NCBI GenBank assembly: GCA_002104945.1
Contig: MCFH01000017.1
Span: 434,001 to 498,000 of the forward strand
Length of the DNA: 64,000 nt
Direction of reading: 5' to 3'
From: Piromyces finnis finn
Taxonomy: Eukaryota > Fungi > Neocallimastigomycota
In this document: positions 52,701-64,000 of the stretch, piece by piece
How positions within the stretch are numbered: the first letter of the stretch is position 1
How the letters are laid out: each line of letters starts with the position of its first letter
Position numbers and translations under genes: made by a program
The notes under the pieces: model-generated
Database searches by the model: none
Told to the model about the DNA's origin: nothing
Seen by the model: only the letters and a program-made list of their open reading frames with translations

Positions 52701-55238
52701 TAAGTAAAAACATTAAAGAAGAAAACAACAACGACATTCCAGAAAGCAACAATGATAGTATAAGTAATAATAAAAGGAAATACAAATCTACTTTGGTAGG
52801 AAATAATTCAAATTACAATAATGCTGACGAAATTGAAAATTGTAAAATTGAAGAAGTAAATTTAAATATAAAGAAAAACAAGTACAATGGAGATATAAAG
52901 AGTAAAGACAAAACAAATATATTAAAAGAAAGTAAAAAGAATAATAAATACCTGAATCCAAATGGAAGTGCTCATTTTATAAAAGAAAATTTAGACAATG
53001 TAAACAAAAATAAATTTATTGAAGAAGTATTGAAAACATCAACAGAAATGAAGATAAATAATCTAATTGGAGAAATTAAAAATAATGACTTTTTAAATAT
53101 CCTGAGTCCTGACATCGATTTAGAAATTCGAAAGAAAATTGATTTCGAAAACATTGATAATATCAAAAATAATATAAATGAAAATAATACCAAAGAAATA
53201 GAAAATAATTATTCAAATTTAAATATAAATTATGATAATGAAGAACAATATAAAAAACATCACATACCTTTAAATAAAAGTGAAGTGAAAAGAAAGTTAA
53301 GCAAAGAAAATAGTAAAATTCTTGATGAAAAGTTTAAATTTAAAAATAATTCTGATGAAAAAGGAAGTAATTTGAATAATCAAAATAAAAAGAAATACAA
53401 TTTGCGAAATTTAAATAGAAATGAAATTAAAGATCCAATCAATAATGATAGATTTAAGAAAAAAATTTTTGATAAGAAAAAGTTAATATCAAATCAAAAA
53501 TTTTTGAATAAAAGAAATTTAAATAGAAAGCTGATATCCAATAAAAATTTTAAATTAAATGAAAGTCATCCACCAAAGGAAGAAAATTTAAAAAATGAAT
53601 CAAAAGAAAAAAATTTTTCAAGAAAGCGTAAATTTGTTCCAAGTGAAGATACTATAGAAGAAAAAGTTAGTAAGCCACATGAACATGAACCAGAAAAGAA
53701 GAAAATTAAGGAAGTGGCGTTAACAATAGCACAAATTAAGGAACCAAATTCTTATAGTGATACCTTTAAAAGAAAAGATAAGGATAAGTGGATAAGAGCA
53801 ATAGAAGCCGAACTACTAAACATGAAAGAAAGAAAAGTGTTCAAAAGAATAGATGAAGTTCCAGAAGGCGCAAATATTATTGATTCAAGATGGGTATTTA
53901 AGATCAAAAGGAATAGCACTGGTGAGATAGAAAAATACAAAGCTAGACTTGTAGCCAGAGGTTTCACACAAGAATATGGAGAAGACTACAATGAAACTTT
54001 TTTTCCTACCCTAAAACAAGACTCATTAAGAATTCTAATAGGAATAGCAACAATTAACAATTATAAAATCCATCAATTAGATGTCAAGGCCGCATATTTA
54101 TATGCAGATTTAAAAGAAGATATATATATGAAAGCACCTGAAGGAGATAAAATGTATAAAAAAGGTTTCTGGAAATTAGATAAAGCGTTATATGGCCTGA
54201 AACAAGCAGCAAGAGAATGGAATAACAACATCAGCAATACTCTCACAGAACTAGGATTTCAGAAATTAGTTAGCGAATTATGCATATTTATAAAAACCAA
54301 AAACAATAAATTAATTTGCTTAGTTGGAATATATGTTGATGACATTTTGATAACTGGTAAGAAAGAAGAAATAGATAAAACAATTAAATTAATTAAAGAA
54401 AAATATGTTATTACGGATTTTGGTGATGCAAACTTTATTATAGGAATCAAAGTAGAAACGTTAAAAGATGGGTATTTATTACATCAAGAAAGGTATCTAA
54501 AAGATATATTACACAAATTTGGTTTAGAAAACTGCAGAGGATCAAAGACAACTACACCAATCAAGAATGATGAACAACTCAATCAGTCTTTTGACCTTAC
54601 GAAGTCTTTTATACTTAGCCATAGGTACTCGTCCAGATATTTTATTTTCAGTAACCAAAGCATCTAGGTTCTCACAGAATCCTACTATCCAAAACTGGAA
54701 GAATGTATTACAGATATTCAAATATCTGAAAGAAAATCCTTATTATGGAATCCGTTTTGAAAGAAACTTAAATTTGAAGATTTTTGTAGATTCAGATTAT
54801 GGGGGAGATGAGGAAACAAGAAAGTCTACCACTGGATTTGTATTTTTATTGGGAAATGGACCAACAAGCTGGTACTCAAAACTGCAAAAATGTGTATCAA
54901 CCTCAACCGCCGAAGCAGAATATTATGGGCTTTGTGAATGCTCAAAGCAAGCTTTGTGGTATAAAAATATCTTTAGTGAATTGAAAATAAAGGAAGAATG
55001 TTTAAAAATCAATATTGATAATCAAACAACTATTTATAACGCAAATAATGAAACAATTAATCCAAAATCAAAACATATTGATATTAAGTATCATAAAGTA
55101 AGAGAATTAATTAAAGAAAATAAAATCAGTCTAGAATATATAAAATCAGAAGAAAATTTAACAGATGGTTTTACTAAATACTTGAATAAAAATAAGATGA
55201 AAATATTTAGAGACAGTTTATTATATAAATACAAATAA
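49762..55238 (+). pseudogene. Copia gag-PR-IN-RT-RH polyprotein, two frameshifts
   Basis: CYFCHQKGHTVKQC; WTLDSGASNH; LELVHIDLVGP, LRSDNGTEF and PEQNGRAER; KYKARLVARGF, QLDVKAAYL and YVDDIL; STAEAEY and KHIDIKYH. Breaks at ~50190 and ~54600. Confidence 0.95.
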
Positions 55239-56262
55239 TGAATTTATAACTTTGGGGGAGTGTGAAAATAAAATACATTCCAAAATAATATTTTATGTAT
55301 TTTTTATGTATTTGTATTTTATAAAATTATAAATTAATATTGTACTACATTTTTTGTTCTTTGGTTATTTTTAAAATAAAGATTTAAGAAATTTACAATA
55401 TTTATATTATAAAATAAATATAAATAAATAAAAGATAATAAAAACCCAAATAGTTTTATAAATAAATTTAAGTGTAAATTAAATTTATCCCTGACATATT
55501 CAATATAAAATAAGCAAAACTAATTTAATACTATAAATAAATAATAAAATAAAACTATACTAAAATTGATTTAATTCACTTTTGATTCAATTTGGGTAAA
55601 CTGCAAATTGAATACATTCCATGTATTACCTATATATTTAATATTAATAATACTATTTATTATATATTTTTATTTAAAAATGCTAATTTAAAACTACGTT
55701 AAAGTTATTAAACTAATTTTAATTAAATAAAAACTTTTTTAAAATTTAATTTGAATATTTAAAATATTTATCCAAATTTTAACTTTGATATTTTAAAACT
55801 AATTATTATTTAATTATTCCATAAAATTTTAATAATAATTTTTTCAAATAATTTTCCATTAAAATATCAAAATTATCATTTAATAATTATTAATTAATTA
55901 TTAATTTAAAGATATATTTTATATCTTTACAATCTCGCCCTTTAAGTCGATCTCCTTCGAGACTATTTCTTTGAAGGAATATCAGGTTGATATCTATGTC
56001 TGATCATACTATTGTTATTCTTTATATAAACTTGATCTTGATTTTCTTTTCTAGGCTTTTATTTTTCCTGTAAAATTCTTGGATCAAATTGCATCATGAC
56101 CAACAGAAATGAAGTCACGATGTAATTCTAAAACTCTTTAATCAATTCTATTTTATGTTCTTTAAAAAATGATTAATTATAATAAAATCTGTATATTTTT
56201 AAGTGATAAAAATTCTTCGTCCCCTCTGATTAGGAATATTGATAAAGTTAAATTTGATAAAA

Positions 56263-56858
56263 TGTAAAGATATCAGATATCAAATGCCACAGCTTGATAT
56301 CTTTAATGTAACTTAAGCCATAAACATTATTGTTTAAGTTACACATGATTTTACAGAAAAAGAAAAAGGAATATAATTTATTTATTAATAATTAGAGTTT
56401 AAAACAAAATAAATTACTAATTTATCTTCAATGTTTAACAAATAGATTAAATTTTTCAATTTAAATCCCTAGTTTTGGTATTGTTTTTAATAGAAATAGA
56501 TAGATAATACATAATTATTAAATGATTAATATATCAATAAATTATGGACATATATTCAAATTGAATGGTACTAAATTTGAATTGCCTATTCCATTTTACT
56601 AAAATAGTTATAGTTTAAATATTTTATTTATAAGATTTTAGCATAGATTTTAGATAGTAATATATAGTGAATAAATAGTTAAAATATAATATAAATGTAT
56701 TCAGGAAAAAAATAAATAGAAGATATTTTTCATTATTTTGATCAATGTAATTGTTATTTCTTAAGAAGAAAATTTTAATAAAAGAAATAATTTTTAAAAA
56801 GAGAAAATATTTGAGTGTTTGTAATCGGTGTTATTGTAATATAGTAACATATATTACA
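56263..56858 (+). repeat. LTR, family A-like
   Basis: TGTAAAGATATC...ATTACA; contains GTAATTGTTAT at 56747. Confidence 0.8.
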
Positions 56859-56862
56859 ATAA

Positions 56863-57430
56863 TGTAAAGATATAAAAAATATATCTTTAAATTATTTAGT
56901 AATTAATTAATAATTATTGAATAATAATTTTGATATTTTAATAAAAAATTATTTATAAAATTTATTATATAAATTTTATAGAATACTTAAATAAAGATTA
57001 ATTTTAAAATATCAAAGTTAAAAATGAATTTTGGATAAATATTTAAATTAATGAATAATTAAATTTAAATATTTTAAATATTCAAATTAAATCTTAAAAA
57101 GTTTAATAACTTTAGCGTAGTTTTAAATTAGCATTTTTAATAGTAAATATATAATAAATAGTATTATTAATATTTGATTAATATATAGGTAATACATAGA
57201 CTGTATTTAATCTGCAGTTTTCTCAAATTGAATCAAAAGTGTATTTAATTAGTTTTAGTTTAATTTTATTATTTTATTATTTAATTAAATTAGTATTAAA
57301 TTAGTTTTGTTTATTTTATATTGAATATATGTATAATTAAATAGAATAGTATATTAAAATATATTTTACAAAAAATATAAATACATGTAAAATTTCTTAA
57401 TTAAAACATGTAATTGTTATTGACTATAAT
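56863..57430 (+). repeat. LTR, family B/C-like, 3'-truncated
   Basis: Starts TGTAAAGATATAAAAAATATATCTTTA; GTAATTGTTAT at 57410. Confidence 0.75.
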
Positions 57431-57472
57431 TTAGTTAAGAACGTCATTTATAAAATGTTGAAAAGTAGCAGG

Positions 57473-58077
57473 TGTAAAGATATCAAACGCCACAGATTGT
57501 TATCTTTAATGTAACTTAAAGCCATAAATATTATTGTATAAGTTACACAAATTATATTACAGAAAAAGAAAATGAGACATAATTTATTTATTAATAATTA
57601 AAGTTTAAAACAAAATAAATCATTAATTTATTTTTAATGTTTAACAAATAAATTAAAATTCACAATTCAAACCTCTAGTTTTAATATTATTTTGTAATAG
57701 AAATAGATATATAGTATATAATTAATAAATGATTAATATATCAATAATACATAAGCACACATTCAAATTGAATAGTACTTAATTTGAATTTCCAATTTGT
57801 ATTTTACTAAAATAGTTATAGTTTAAATGTTTATTAATAATTAAGATTTTAATGTAGATTTTAAATAATAATATATAAGAAATAAATAGTTATAATATAA
57901 TATAAATGTATTTAGGAAAAATATAAAGATATTTTTCATCATTTTATCGATGTAATTGTTATTATTAAAATTTCTATTATAATAAAGGTCATTTTTATAA
58001 AACAATTTTTATTTTAAATTTAGTGTTATTGTAATAGAATAAATATCCTAATCTATTCTTTCTGTGTCGACTTTACA
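57473..58077 (+). mobile_element. Solo LTR, family A
   Basis: TGTAA...TTACA with TSD GCAGG (57468-57472 and 58078-58082). Confidence 0.92.
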
Positions 58078-58183
58078 GCAGGTGCATTCTTCAAATCAAA
58101 GGACATGACGAGATATTCAAAATACCCATATCTTGTTCTAAAGGTAGTTTTGTACTCATCATCCTCTTTTGGGAGAGGATATG

Positions 58184-61100
58184 TGTAACGTATAAAGGTT
58201 TTTTACTTTTTCCAAGAAATTGTATTTCGGGGTTCCCTAAGCTAGCTTCGCCGTCAGGTTATTGGATGATGACCTACTTGTCGTGTGTTCGACTCCGGGT
58301 TCTCTATATTATGGATTAAATATAGCGGTTGCTATATTTAATCCATAATATTTGTCTATTTTTATTTCTTCTTTTTTATTTAAATAGTTGAAGTTGCCAA
58401 TCAATATAAATGATGTTTATTCATAATTATTAAATTAGAATATTTATAAATAGTAAAATAAATAATTTATAAAATTCATGTAAATTTAGTCTTTATAATT
58501 AGTATTAAGGTTAGTTTGTATTAATAATTAAATAATAAAATTATTAATAAAATATGCTATTAATACAAACAATAGTTAATTAGTGTTGTGTGAACCTGAG
58601 TCTCTCTCGTTGTTACAATACTAATTCTCTATGAAAATAAGACTTATCTTAACATAATAATTATTTACAAAACTAATAAAACTATTTTAAAACATTTTAA
58701 ATATGTCTTACAACCAATTCAATATTTTCATTACTGCTTCAGCTTCTTTCTCTCAACAAAACCAAGCACCTCCAGTGGATCCTCTTATTCTGGACTACGT
58801 ACTACCGATAGGGAATCCAAGCAAATTCTCTGGGAAAAGCATGGAACTTGAAGGATTTATTCAACATTTTGAATTAATCTTTCAACTAAGAAGCATCCTA
58901 TTTCGCTTGGACTCCCATAAAACAGCTTATATGTTCTCTTATATGGACGGGGATGCTAAGCTCTTTGTAGCTCATTTAATTCAAGAGAGAAATTCGGTTA
59001 TGAACAGTTATCCTGGCTTTGTTGCTTTGCTTAGAAGAGTATTTGGTAACCTGGATATTGTATTCAATGCCAACCAAATCATTATGGCATTGAAACAAGA
59101 ACGTATCGGTGAAGTATCCCAATACATAAAAGATTTTGAACAAGCTTCAATTCATCTTGGATAGAATCAACCGGCCCTCGTTTCAAAATTTATTGATGGA
59201 TTTCATGATGAAATCAAAACTGAACTACTAATGCGTGGCGAAGACTTACCAACCCTTCTCAAGAAATATAATATATTCTGAAATTATAGTGGTGCTTCAC
59301 TTTATAATCCATTCTGTCACAATAATATATATAAAAATTTAAAAAATTTGGACACATTGAAAGTTAATTTTTTTAAAATTTGAAAATTTGAAAATTTGAA
59401 AAAATTTATTTTTTATTAAAAAATAATAAATATAAAATTTCTAATTTTTGAAATTATTAAAATTTTATTATTACAATAATTATATTAATTATTAATTTAT
59501 AAAAATTAAATATTTTATAATTAAACAATAATTAATAATTAGAAATGTAATAATTAAAATTGTTCATGTATAAAAAGAACAAAAATTGACTAAAATTATG
59601 AAGCTTTAGCGTTAGTAATTTTTTAACTTAAAGTTAATAAAATTTATAAACTCCTATAAAACCTAAAATTTTTAAAATTTTAATATTTTTAATAACTTAA
59701 TATATGCTGATATTAAGTTATTACTAAAATAAAAATATTATTTTAGTAATAATAATATTTTTATATAATATCTTTATATAAATAATATTAACTTTACACC
59801 TTCAATAGGAAAGCGTATTATATTTGTTAATTAATATAACTAGTGTGCTTACTACACTTTTCTTTAATAAAAAATGAGAAATGAGAATTAAAATTTTTTT
59901 GTTCGTTCTACTTAATCTGATGTTAAAAGACGTGGTCCTTTATCTGGCGAAGAAAAACAAAAACGTCATGATCAAGATTTCTGTATATCTTACAACCCAT
60001 TCAACATTTTCATTACCGCTTCAGCTTCTTTCTCTCAACAAAACCAAGCACATCTAGTACCTCTAGTGTACCCTCTTATGCTGGACTACGTTAATGTCCT
60101 AAAGTTCCAAAAACTAACTTCTAGAGTAGATTCTGTGCCTAAATTGTACTCTAGTACAAACCCTTTTGAAGCTAAGCCTTCTGCCAATAATAAAAACCAT
60201 CCAAAATCATATAATCCTTTCATTCCCTTAGATAAATATCTTATCTTCCCATTCACCCTTAAGATTAATAGTAATTCATGTGATATCTCAATCTTGGTTG
60301 ATTCATGTGCTATTGAAAACACCATCTCCATATCATTTATTGAGAAATATAAAATTCCAGTATCGGATTCAAAAATATCTGGAACTATTGACTGTGGTGG
60401 GAAAACTTTTAATATTTTAGGAATAACTAAACCTCTCAGGATTATATTTAAAGATTAATCATTTTCTACTCAATTCATTATCATAGATGTTGATTCTCTA
60501 CCTCCAATTATTGGTACCCCTTGGCTCAATTCAAATAGGGCAGTCGTAGATTTTGATTGTAAAAAAATGTATTTTAAAAAGGATGTATCTAAACTTGAAA
60601 CTAATAAATCATATTTTAAACCTAATCGTGAAAACCCCTTTTGTAATGATTCTTGTGTTTCAACAAATAATTCGTCAGATATTCATCCTCCTTCAACCTC
60701 TTCGACTCCCCTTTCACCACCTATTGACTCACCCATTCCGGCTACTCCTCCGGTAATTAAACCTGATTCTACCGCTTCTCACCGCACTCCAACTTCATTT
60801 TCTCAAAAATTTGTAATTTATGTCGCTTGCCCCTCTATAGATTCGCCTTCTAAAACACCCTCTATTCCAGACATTTACATTGACTTTAAGGATATCTTTT
60901 CTGAAAAAGGCGCAAACGAACTTCCCCCGCATAGGCCTTATGACTGTAGAATCGATTTAAAACCTAATTCTTCTCACCCTTACGGCCCAATTTACTCTCT
61001 CACTGTGGAGGAAACAAAGACACTTAAGGATTATATTAAAGAAAACTTGGAAAAGAACTTCATTCAGAAGTCTATCTCCCCAGCCGGCGCTCCTGTTTTA

Positions 61101-63525
61101 TTCGTTCACAAAAAGGATAATTCGCTTCGTATGTGCATTGACTACAGAAAATTCAACGATATCACTATTAGGAACTCTTATCCCTTCCGCTAATCAATGA
61201 TCTTTTTGAAAAAGTCAGTGGTGCTAAATTCTTCACTAAGCTCGACCTTCGCTCCGCTTACAACCTTGTTCGAATTAAGGAAGGTGATGAATATAAAACG
61301 GCTTTTAACACTAGATTTGACCATTTTGAGTATTTAATCATGCCGTTCGGTCTTAAAAAAGCCCCAGCTACTTTCCAACATTTCATCAACGATATTTTAA
61401 GTGATTCCCTCGACAATTTCGCCTTCACCTATATTGATGATATTCTCATTTTTTATAAAGAATTTTTCAAAATTCGTTGCGTTCTTGACTCGATTATTAA
61501 AGAAAAATGTTCCTTTCATTATGGACTTTGCTGCTGTCTCAGCTTTCAACAATTTAAAAAATGCTTTACTTTCTGCCAGTCTTCTTCGCCATGCCGATCC
61601 GAACAAGCCTTTCATTATTAAATCTGATTCTAGTAACTTCGCTATCTGTAATGTACTTCTTCAGGAATTTGATGGTTCTCTTCATCCTGTTTCTTTCTTC
61701 ACGAGAGCTTTAACCAAAGCCGAATGTAATAACTTAATCTACGACAAGGAACACCTTGCTATCAAAGAAGCCTTCCATATCTAGAGACACCACCTTGAAG
61801 GTGCAATACACCAAATTACTGTCTTCTCTGATTATCGTAATCTTCTTTTTTTTGAATGTAAACCAAATCACATTTCTCAACGTCATATTAGTTGGAGTAT
61901 ATTCTTCTCTCGTTTTGATTTTGTTATTATATACAAACCTGGTTCAAAGAATAGAGCTGACTGCTTATCGCGTAGACCTGATTACGAACATAAAGTTACC
62001 AATTCAGGTTCATTTCTTAATTCTTCTAATTTCACTAGTACTTCTTTTGTTATCTCTTTAAGTGATAATTCCCTATTAGAAAATATTCTTTCAGCTTTAC
62101 ATTCTGATCCTTATTTTAATTCTATCAACAACACCGGAAGACTTAATCTCCCCAATTTCCCTTTCACTTTCAAGGATGGCATTCTTCTATACAATCTTAG
62201 AATTTACATACTCGAAGTTCTTCATGTCGAAATTATTCAATCCCACCATAATTCCCCTTCTTCCGTTCATTTTGGTATTAGAAAAACTCTCGAACTTATT
62301 AGTAGAAACTTTTGGTAGAAGAGGGAGATGTACGCAGATTTGTAAATTCATGCGATACATGTAATAGAAACAAAAACAGCAATCATAAACCATATGGATT
62401 TCTTTAACCACTCTCAATACCTGAATAACAATGGTCGTCAATATCTCTTGATTTCATTACAAATCTACCAAAATCGAACAATTATTTCGCTATCCTAACA
62501 GTGGTGGATAGATTATCGAAGATGGGACATTTCATTCCACTTAGAAAGCTTCCCTCAGCTGAAAAAACTGCGCAACTTATCTTGGATAATGTATTCAGAT
62601 TACATTGTATTCCAAAGGAAACTATATCAGATCGCGGTAGATAATTTAATTTCAAATTCTTTCAACATTTTTGTAAGCTGCTACACTGTGAATCCAAACT
62701 CTCAACTGCTCATCACCAACAGGCTGATGGACAAACAGAAAGACTTAATAGTATAATTGAACAGTATCTCAGGTGCTTCACAAACAGTAAACATTCTGAC
62801 TAGAGTTCGTATATCTCACTTGCATAATTTGCCTATAACAATACTATTCAGGAATCCATTAAAATGTCACCTTTCAAGGCTTATTTAAAGTATGATCCAG
62901 AATTTTTAATTGATTTTCCAATAACATCTTTAGCTCCAGAAGCGGAGAAAGTTGTATAGAAGTAACAAAGTATGGTTACTTTACCTCAAAGGAAAAACAA
63001 ACGTGAAGAAATTAGACCATAGAAATTCGGGACCATATGAAATTATTGAATGCTTGGAAAATCAAAATTTCAAGTTAAAACTATCCAAACAAGACCGAGA
63101 CACCTCATCTTCCATATATCCAATCTCGAGCCCTATATTAAGAATACCTTTGAAAACCAAGACATCCAAAAGCCACCTCCCATTTTAGTAAACAAAATAT
63201 TGGATTCTAGAATTAACAACGGAGTACTTCAGTATCTCGTTGATTGGAAAGGATATTCTGCTGAAGATCGTTCATGGGAAAACGTAGAAGACATACATGC
63301 CCTCGAGTTACTGAAAGCTTTCCACAAAAAGTTTCCAGGCAAACCACATTCAATGTCGTCTGGAATCTGACATTAGAAGGAGGGCATTATAACGTATAAA
63401 GATTTTGTACCTTTTCCAAGAAATTGTATTTCGGGGTTCTCTAAGCTGGCTTCGCTGTCAGGTTGTTGGACGCTGACCTACTTGTCGTGTGGTCGACTCC
63501 GAGTTCTCTTATTGTGGATTAAATT
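58184..63525 (+). mobile_element. Decayed Ty3/gypsy chromovirus 'E'
   Basis: LTR 58184-58617 and partial, diverged 3' LTR from 63388; gag 58703-59270; protease ILVDSCAIEN; RT and RNase H fragments; integrase; chromodomain YLVDWKGYSAEDRSWE; PPT AGAAGGAGGG at ~63375. An AT-rich insertion sits at ~59320-59905. Confidence 0.9.
58306..58351. repeat. Perfect 21-bp inverted repeat with 4-nt loop
   Basis: ATATTATGGATTAAATATAGC-GGTT-GCTATATTTAATCCATAATAT. Confidence 0.95.
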
Positions 63526-63796
63526 CTTTTAATTAAATAATAAATACTGTTTTGGAATTTCAATCTTGACGATTTTCACATTTTTTGATTTCTTTTTATT
63601 TGGATAATTAAATTGAAAGTGTCCGTCCAGCCTTCCCACAAATAAATCAAACTCCTTTCTTCCTAGCTTCAGTGCATTGTTTTATTTTCAGTATAATTAT
63701 TTCTATGAGTAATAATTATTAAATAATAATTTTGATATTTTAATAAAAAATTGTTTATAAAATTTATTATATATAAATTTTATGGAATAATTAAAT

Positions 63797-64000
63797 TGTA
63801 AAGATATAATATATATCTTTAGATTATTTAATAATTAATTATTAATTATTAAATAATAAATTAATATTTAATAAAATTAATTATAAAATTTTTTTGAATA
63901 AATTTCATGGAATAATTTAATAATAAATTATTTTATAATAATTCCATTAAATTTAAATTAAGATAAATATTTAAATTTAAGGAATAAGAGAATTTTAATT
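63797..64000 (+). repeat. Start of another family-B LTR, runs off the window
   Basis: TGTAAAGATATAATATATATCTTTAG... is the reverse complement of the 43450 end of LTR-B. Confidence 0.88.

Larger units (their letters stand above)
49481..55496 (+). mobile_element. Full-length, recent Ty1/copia element
   Basis: LTRs 49481-49717 and 55261-55496 (TG...CA; I see one substitution and one indel); TSD TATTC; PPT GGGGGAG at 55254-55260; PBS from 49718. Confidence 0.97.
49242..55931 (-). mobile_element. B/C-family LTR (49242-49480 plus 55502-55931) split by the copia insertion, with adjacent PPT and integrase tail to ~56100
   Basis: Joined halves align with LTR-B. The right end ATATCTTTACA is followed by ATCTCGCCCTTTAAG, as at 43451, and a minus-strand RHRYQPDIPSKK tail. 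Confidence 0.7.

Noticed and set aside
59320-59905. AT-rich insertion in E gag as a MITE or solo LTR
   Set aside because: No clear terminal repeats or TSD found.

Overview
Very AT-rich, intron-containing eukaryotic DNA. Its composition, short GT..AG introns, CBM18 gene and chromovirus content fit an anaerobic gut fungus (Neocallimastigomycota); this assignment is inference. The left half (about 1-32 kb) holds a decayed Ty3/gypsy copy, a small B-family DNA polymerase relic, a secreted CBM18 protein, a large frameshifted ORF of unknown function, a 2-exon HAL/Npr1-type kinase, a 2-exon hypothetical protein and a multi-exon M13 peptidase. The right half (about 32-64 kb) is an almost continuous nest of retroelements: a LINE tail, a copia relic, a composite chromovirus (A), an element (B) nested in A's 5' LTR, a full-length copia with LTRs and TSD, several solo LTRs and another chromovirus (E). 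The main observations are: (1) an array of six covarying ~50-nt hairpins plus a TTCCAC repeat array in the leader of element B, whose gag-pol was apparently already decayed when it arrived; (2) a Tf1-like self-priming signature whose 11-mer is invariant across several diverged LTR families; (3) a copia primer-binding site complementary to the 5' half of tRNA-Lys(CUU); (4) oversized flanking duplications; and (5) a possibly viral polB fragment. All alignments were done by eye; no database searches or folding programs were run.
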